A stretch of 63,394 nt of DNA, counting the filler. It is 7 parts of 7 records of this genome, joined end to end, with 100 filler letters (N's around TTAATTAATTAA, not from the genome) between each part and the next. Parts side by side here need not be neighbours in the genome. Positions count along the whole stretch, not along the records: positions 59,375 to 63,394 come from SRR20825010_107; 6 more parts are not named here. One strand, given 5' to 3'. The notes beneath the pieces were generated by a model, which saw nothing but the letters and a program-made list of their open reading frames with translations, ran no database searches and was not told the origin of the DNA. The position numbers were made by a program, and so were the translations under genes. How positions within the stretch are numbered: the stretch's first letter is position 1; every line of letters starts with the position of its first letter. Positions 61,835-63,394 of the stretch are shown one piece after another.

Positions 61835-62250
61835 AGTACCATGTTCAGGTTGATGGACTCATTTTCCTGTTCGATGTGCTCAATGGTCAGTTTCTGGTTG
61901 CCCGATGGAAATTCCCAAACTATGCAATCTCCTTTGGCGTACCCCATTACCGCGGACCCCATGGGCGTTAATATGGATATGCAATCGTTCTTGACATCAC
62001 TTTTCTTGGGAAGTACCAATTTGAATTTTTTATGCCACCCATTTTCGGAAACAATCGTGACATTGGAATTGAACCGTATCACATCCTTGGGCATATCCTT
62101 CTCATCCAATATCTTCGCGGTCTCCAATTCCCCGGCCAACTTCCTTACCGATTTTCTCCATGTACTGTCCTGATGGTATCCCGAAAGGTTCATCAACCTT
62201 TTGAGTAGGACATATTCCTTTTTTTCAATCAACAGACTATCGTATTTCAT
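61831..62250 (-). CDS. GreA/GreB family, Rnk-like factor
   Basis: EL..A.ILDEKDMPKDVIRFNS and ISILTPMGSAVMGY..GD...W motifs. Confidence 0.88.
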   Translation of the reverse strand: MKYDSLLIEKKEYVLLKRLMNLSGYHQDSTWRKSVRKLAGELETAKILDEKDMPKDVIRFNSNVTIVSENGWHKKFKLVLPKKSDVKNDCISILTPMGSAVMGYAKGDCIVWEFPSGNQKLTIEHIEQENESINLNMVL

Positions 62251-62315
62251 TGTATTAATTTTATGGATTATGGGTTTCGCTGGATCAGTTCCGGCAAAAC
62301 CCTTCGTTTTTTTTA

Positions 62316-63394
62316 TTATGGGAATATGCCCCGCTGTACATAGGTTTCCTCAAGTCGCTCTATGGCAATGACAAAGGCAGCCGTTCTCATGTCCAGGTTC
62401 TTTGTTTTTGTTTTGTACATGACCTTGTTGAACGATTCCCGCATCTTTCTTTCCAGTTTCTCCAATACCTCGTCCAACTGCCATATTTCCCCATTGCGAT
62501 TCTGCAACCATTCAAAATAGCTGCCTATTACACCACCGGAATTGCACAGGATATCCGGTATGATGTCAATGCCCCGCTTCAAAAGTATCTCCTCCGCCTT
62601 TACATCGGTCGGTCCATTGGCCCCTTCGGCAATCAAGCGGGCCTTGATGTCATGGGCATTATCCACTGTGACCTGGTTGCCCAATGCCGCAGGTATACAA
62701 ATGTCACAGTCCAAACCAAAAAATTCGGCATTGTCGATGACATTTGCCCCTGCAAAGCCCGATATACTGCCCTTTTTGGCCTTCGCATAGTCCAAAAGTT
62801 TTTCCGGGGAAATACCCTCATGGTTGTGGATACTACCATAGGCATCCTGTACGGCAATTAGAATGGCTCCTTCTTTTTTTAGAAAATGGGACGCCCAATA
62901 GCCCACATTACCAAACCCCTGTACAATGAATGTTTTGTTCTTTAGGTCAATCGTATTGTGTTCCGCCCAAAATTTGATGGTCAGGAAAACCCCATAGCCC
63001 GTTGCCCGGTCCCTTCCTTCAGAACCTCCGGCACCAATGGGTTTTCCCGTGACCACATGCAGGTTCTTCGAGCGTTCATTGGGGGATTTGGTGGACATAT
63101 AGGTATCCAAGATCCAGGCCATGGTTTGCGGGTTGGTGTTGACATCAGGCGCAGGAATATCCAGTTCCGGTCCAATATTGTCCCCAAGGGCATAGGTAAA
63201 CCTTCTGGTGATCCGTTGCAGTTCGTCTTGGGAATATTTGGTGGGATCCAACTGTATCCCTCCTTTGGCCCCACCATAGGGCAATCCGGCCAAAGAGGTC
63301 TTCCACGTCATCCACATGGCCAGGGCCCTGGCAGCGTCAATGTCCACCGTGGGGTGGTAACGCAATCCTCCCTTGTAGGGCCCCAGTGCATTGT
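62316..63394 (-). CDS. gdhA: Glutamate dehydrogenase (5' truncated)
   Basis: GPYKGGLRYHP, GGAKGG, DIPAPDVNT, QGFGNVG and EGANGP motifs. Confidence 0.95.
   Translation of the reverse strand, partial: NALGPYKGGLRYHPTVDIDAARALAMWMTWKTSLAGLPYGGAKGGIQLDPTKYSQDELQRITRRFTYALGDNIGPELDIPAPDVNTNPQTMAWILDTYMSTKSPNERSKNLHVVTGKPIGAGGSEGRDRATGYGVFLTIKFWAEHNTIDLKNKTFIVQGFGNVGYWASHFLKKEGAILIAVQDAYGSIHNHEGISPEKLLDYAKAKKGSISGFAGANVIDNAEFFGLDCDICIPAALGNQVTVDNAHDIKARLIAEGANGPTDVKAEEILLKRGIDIIPDILCNSGGVIGSYFEWLQNRNGEIWQLDEVLEKLERKMRESFNKVMYKTKTKNLDMRTAAFVIAIERLEETYVQRGIFP

Overview
The window is not one locus. It is seven unrelated contigs joined by artificial 100-bp linkers (44 N + TTAATTAATTAA + 44 N), probably from a marine metagenome; the taxon labels below are inferred from gene content and composition. 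(1) 1-7438, Rhodobacteraceae-like: phoR 5' end, gamma-carbonic anhydrase, gmk, yicC, a PAS protein, an AT-richer insert with a DUF6232-like gene and a decayed RibD/DHFR gene, and class II DAHP synthase. (2) 7539-14268, Bacteroidota: an AIPR defence islet bounded by tRNA-3'-end-like remnants, a CHASE-PAS kinase and a glyoxalase. (3) 14369-22169, Parvibaculum-like alphaproteobacterium: mutY, dciA, dsbA, smc and the F0 atp genes. (4) 22270-40300, Flavobacteriaceae: ndh, DUF2975/XRE, a TonB receptor-DUF2141-LytS/2TM/LytTR cluster, a LETM1-like gene, a DUF4331 operon with ECF sigma/RskA, and an M36 protease. (5) 40401-45649, Limnobacter-like betaproteobacterium: tRNA-Gly, queC, atypical LuxR, ECF/anti-sigma and T1SS genes. 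(6) 45750-59274, Flavobacteriaceae core genes including a KdsB-KdnB fusion. (7) 59375-63394, Flavobacteriaceae: gdh, rnk-like gene, SulP. Best candidates for undescribed biology: (a) a ~118-nt structured putative sRNA (about 36185-36302) that shares an ECF-type promoter with the DUF4331 operon and has a perfect 13-nt antisense match to that operon's translation-initiation region; (b) three identically spaced LytTR boxes that define a TonB receptor/2TM-protein regulon; (c) a natural KdsB-KdnB (Kdo 8-oxidase) fusion. No database searches were run, so novelty is unverified.
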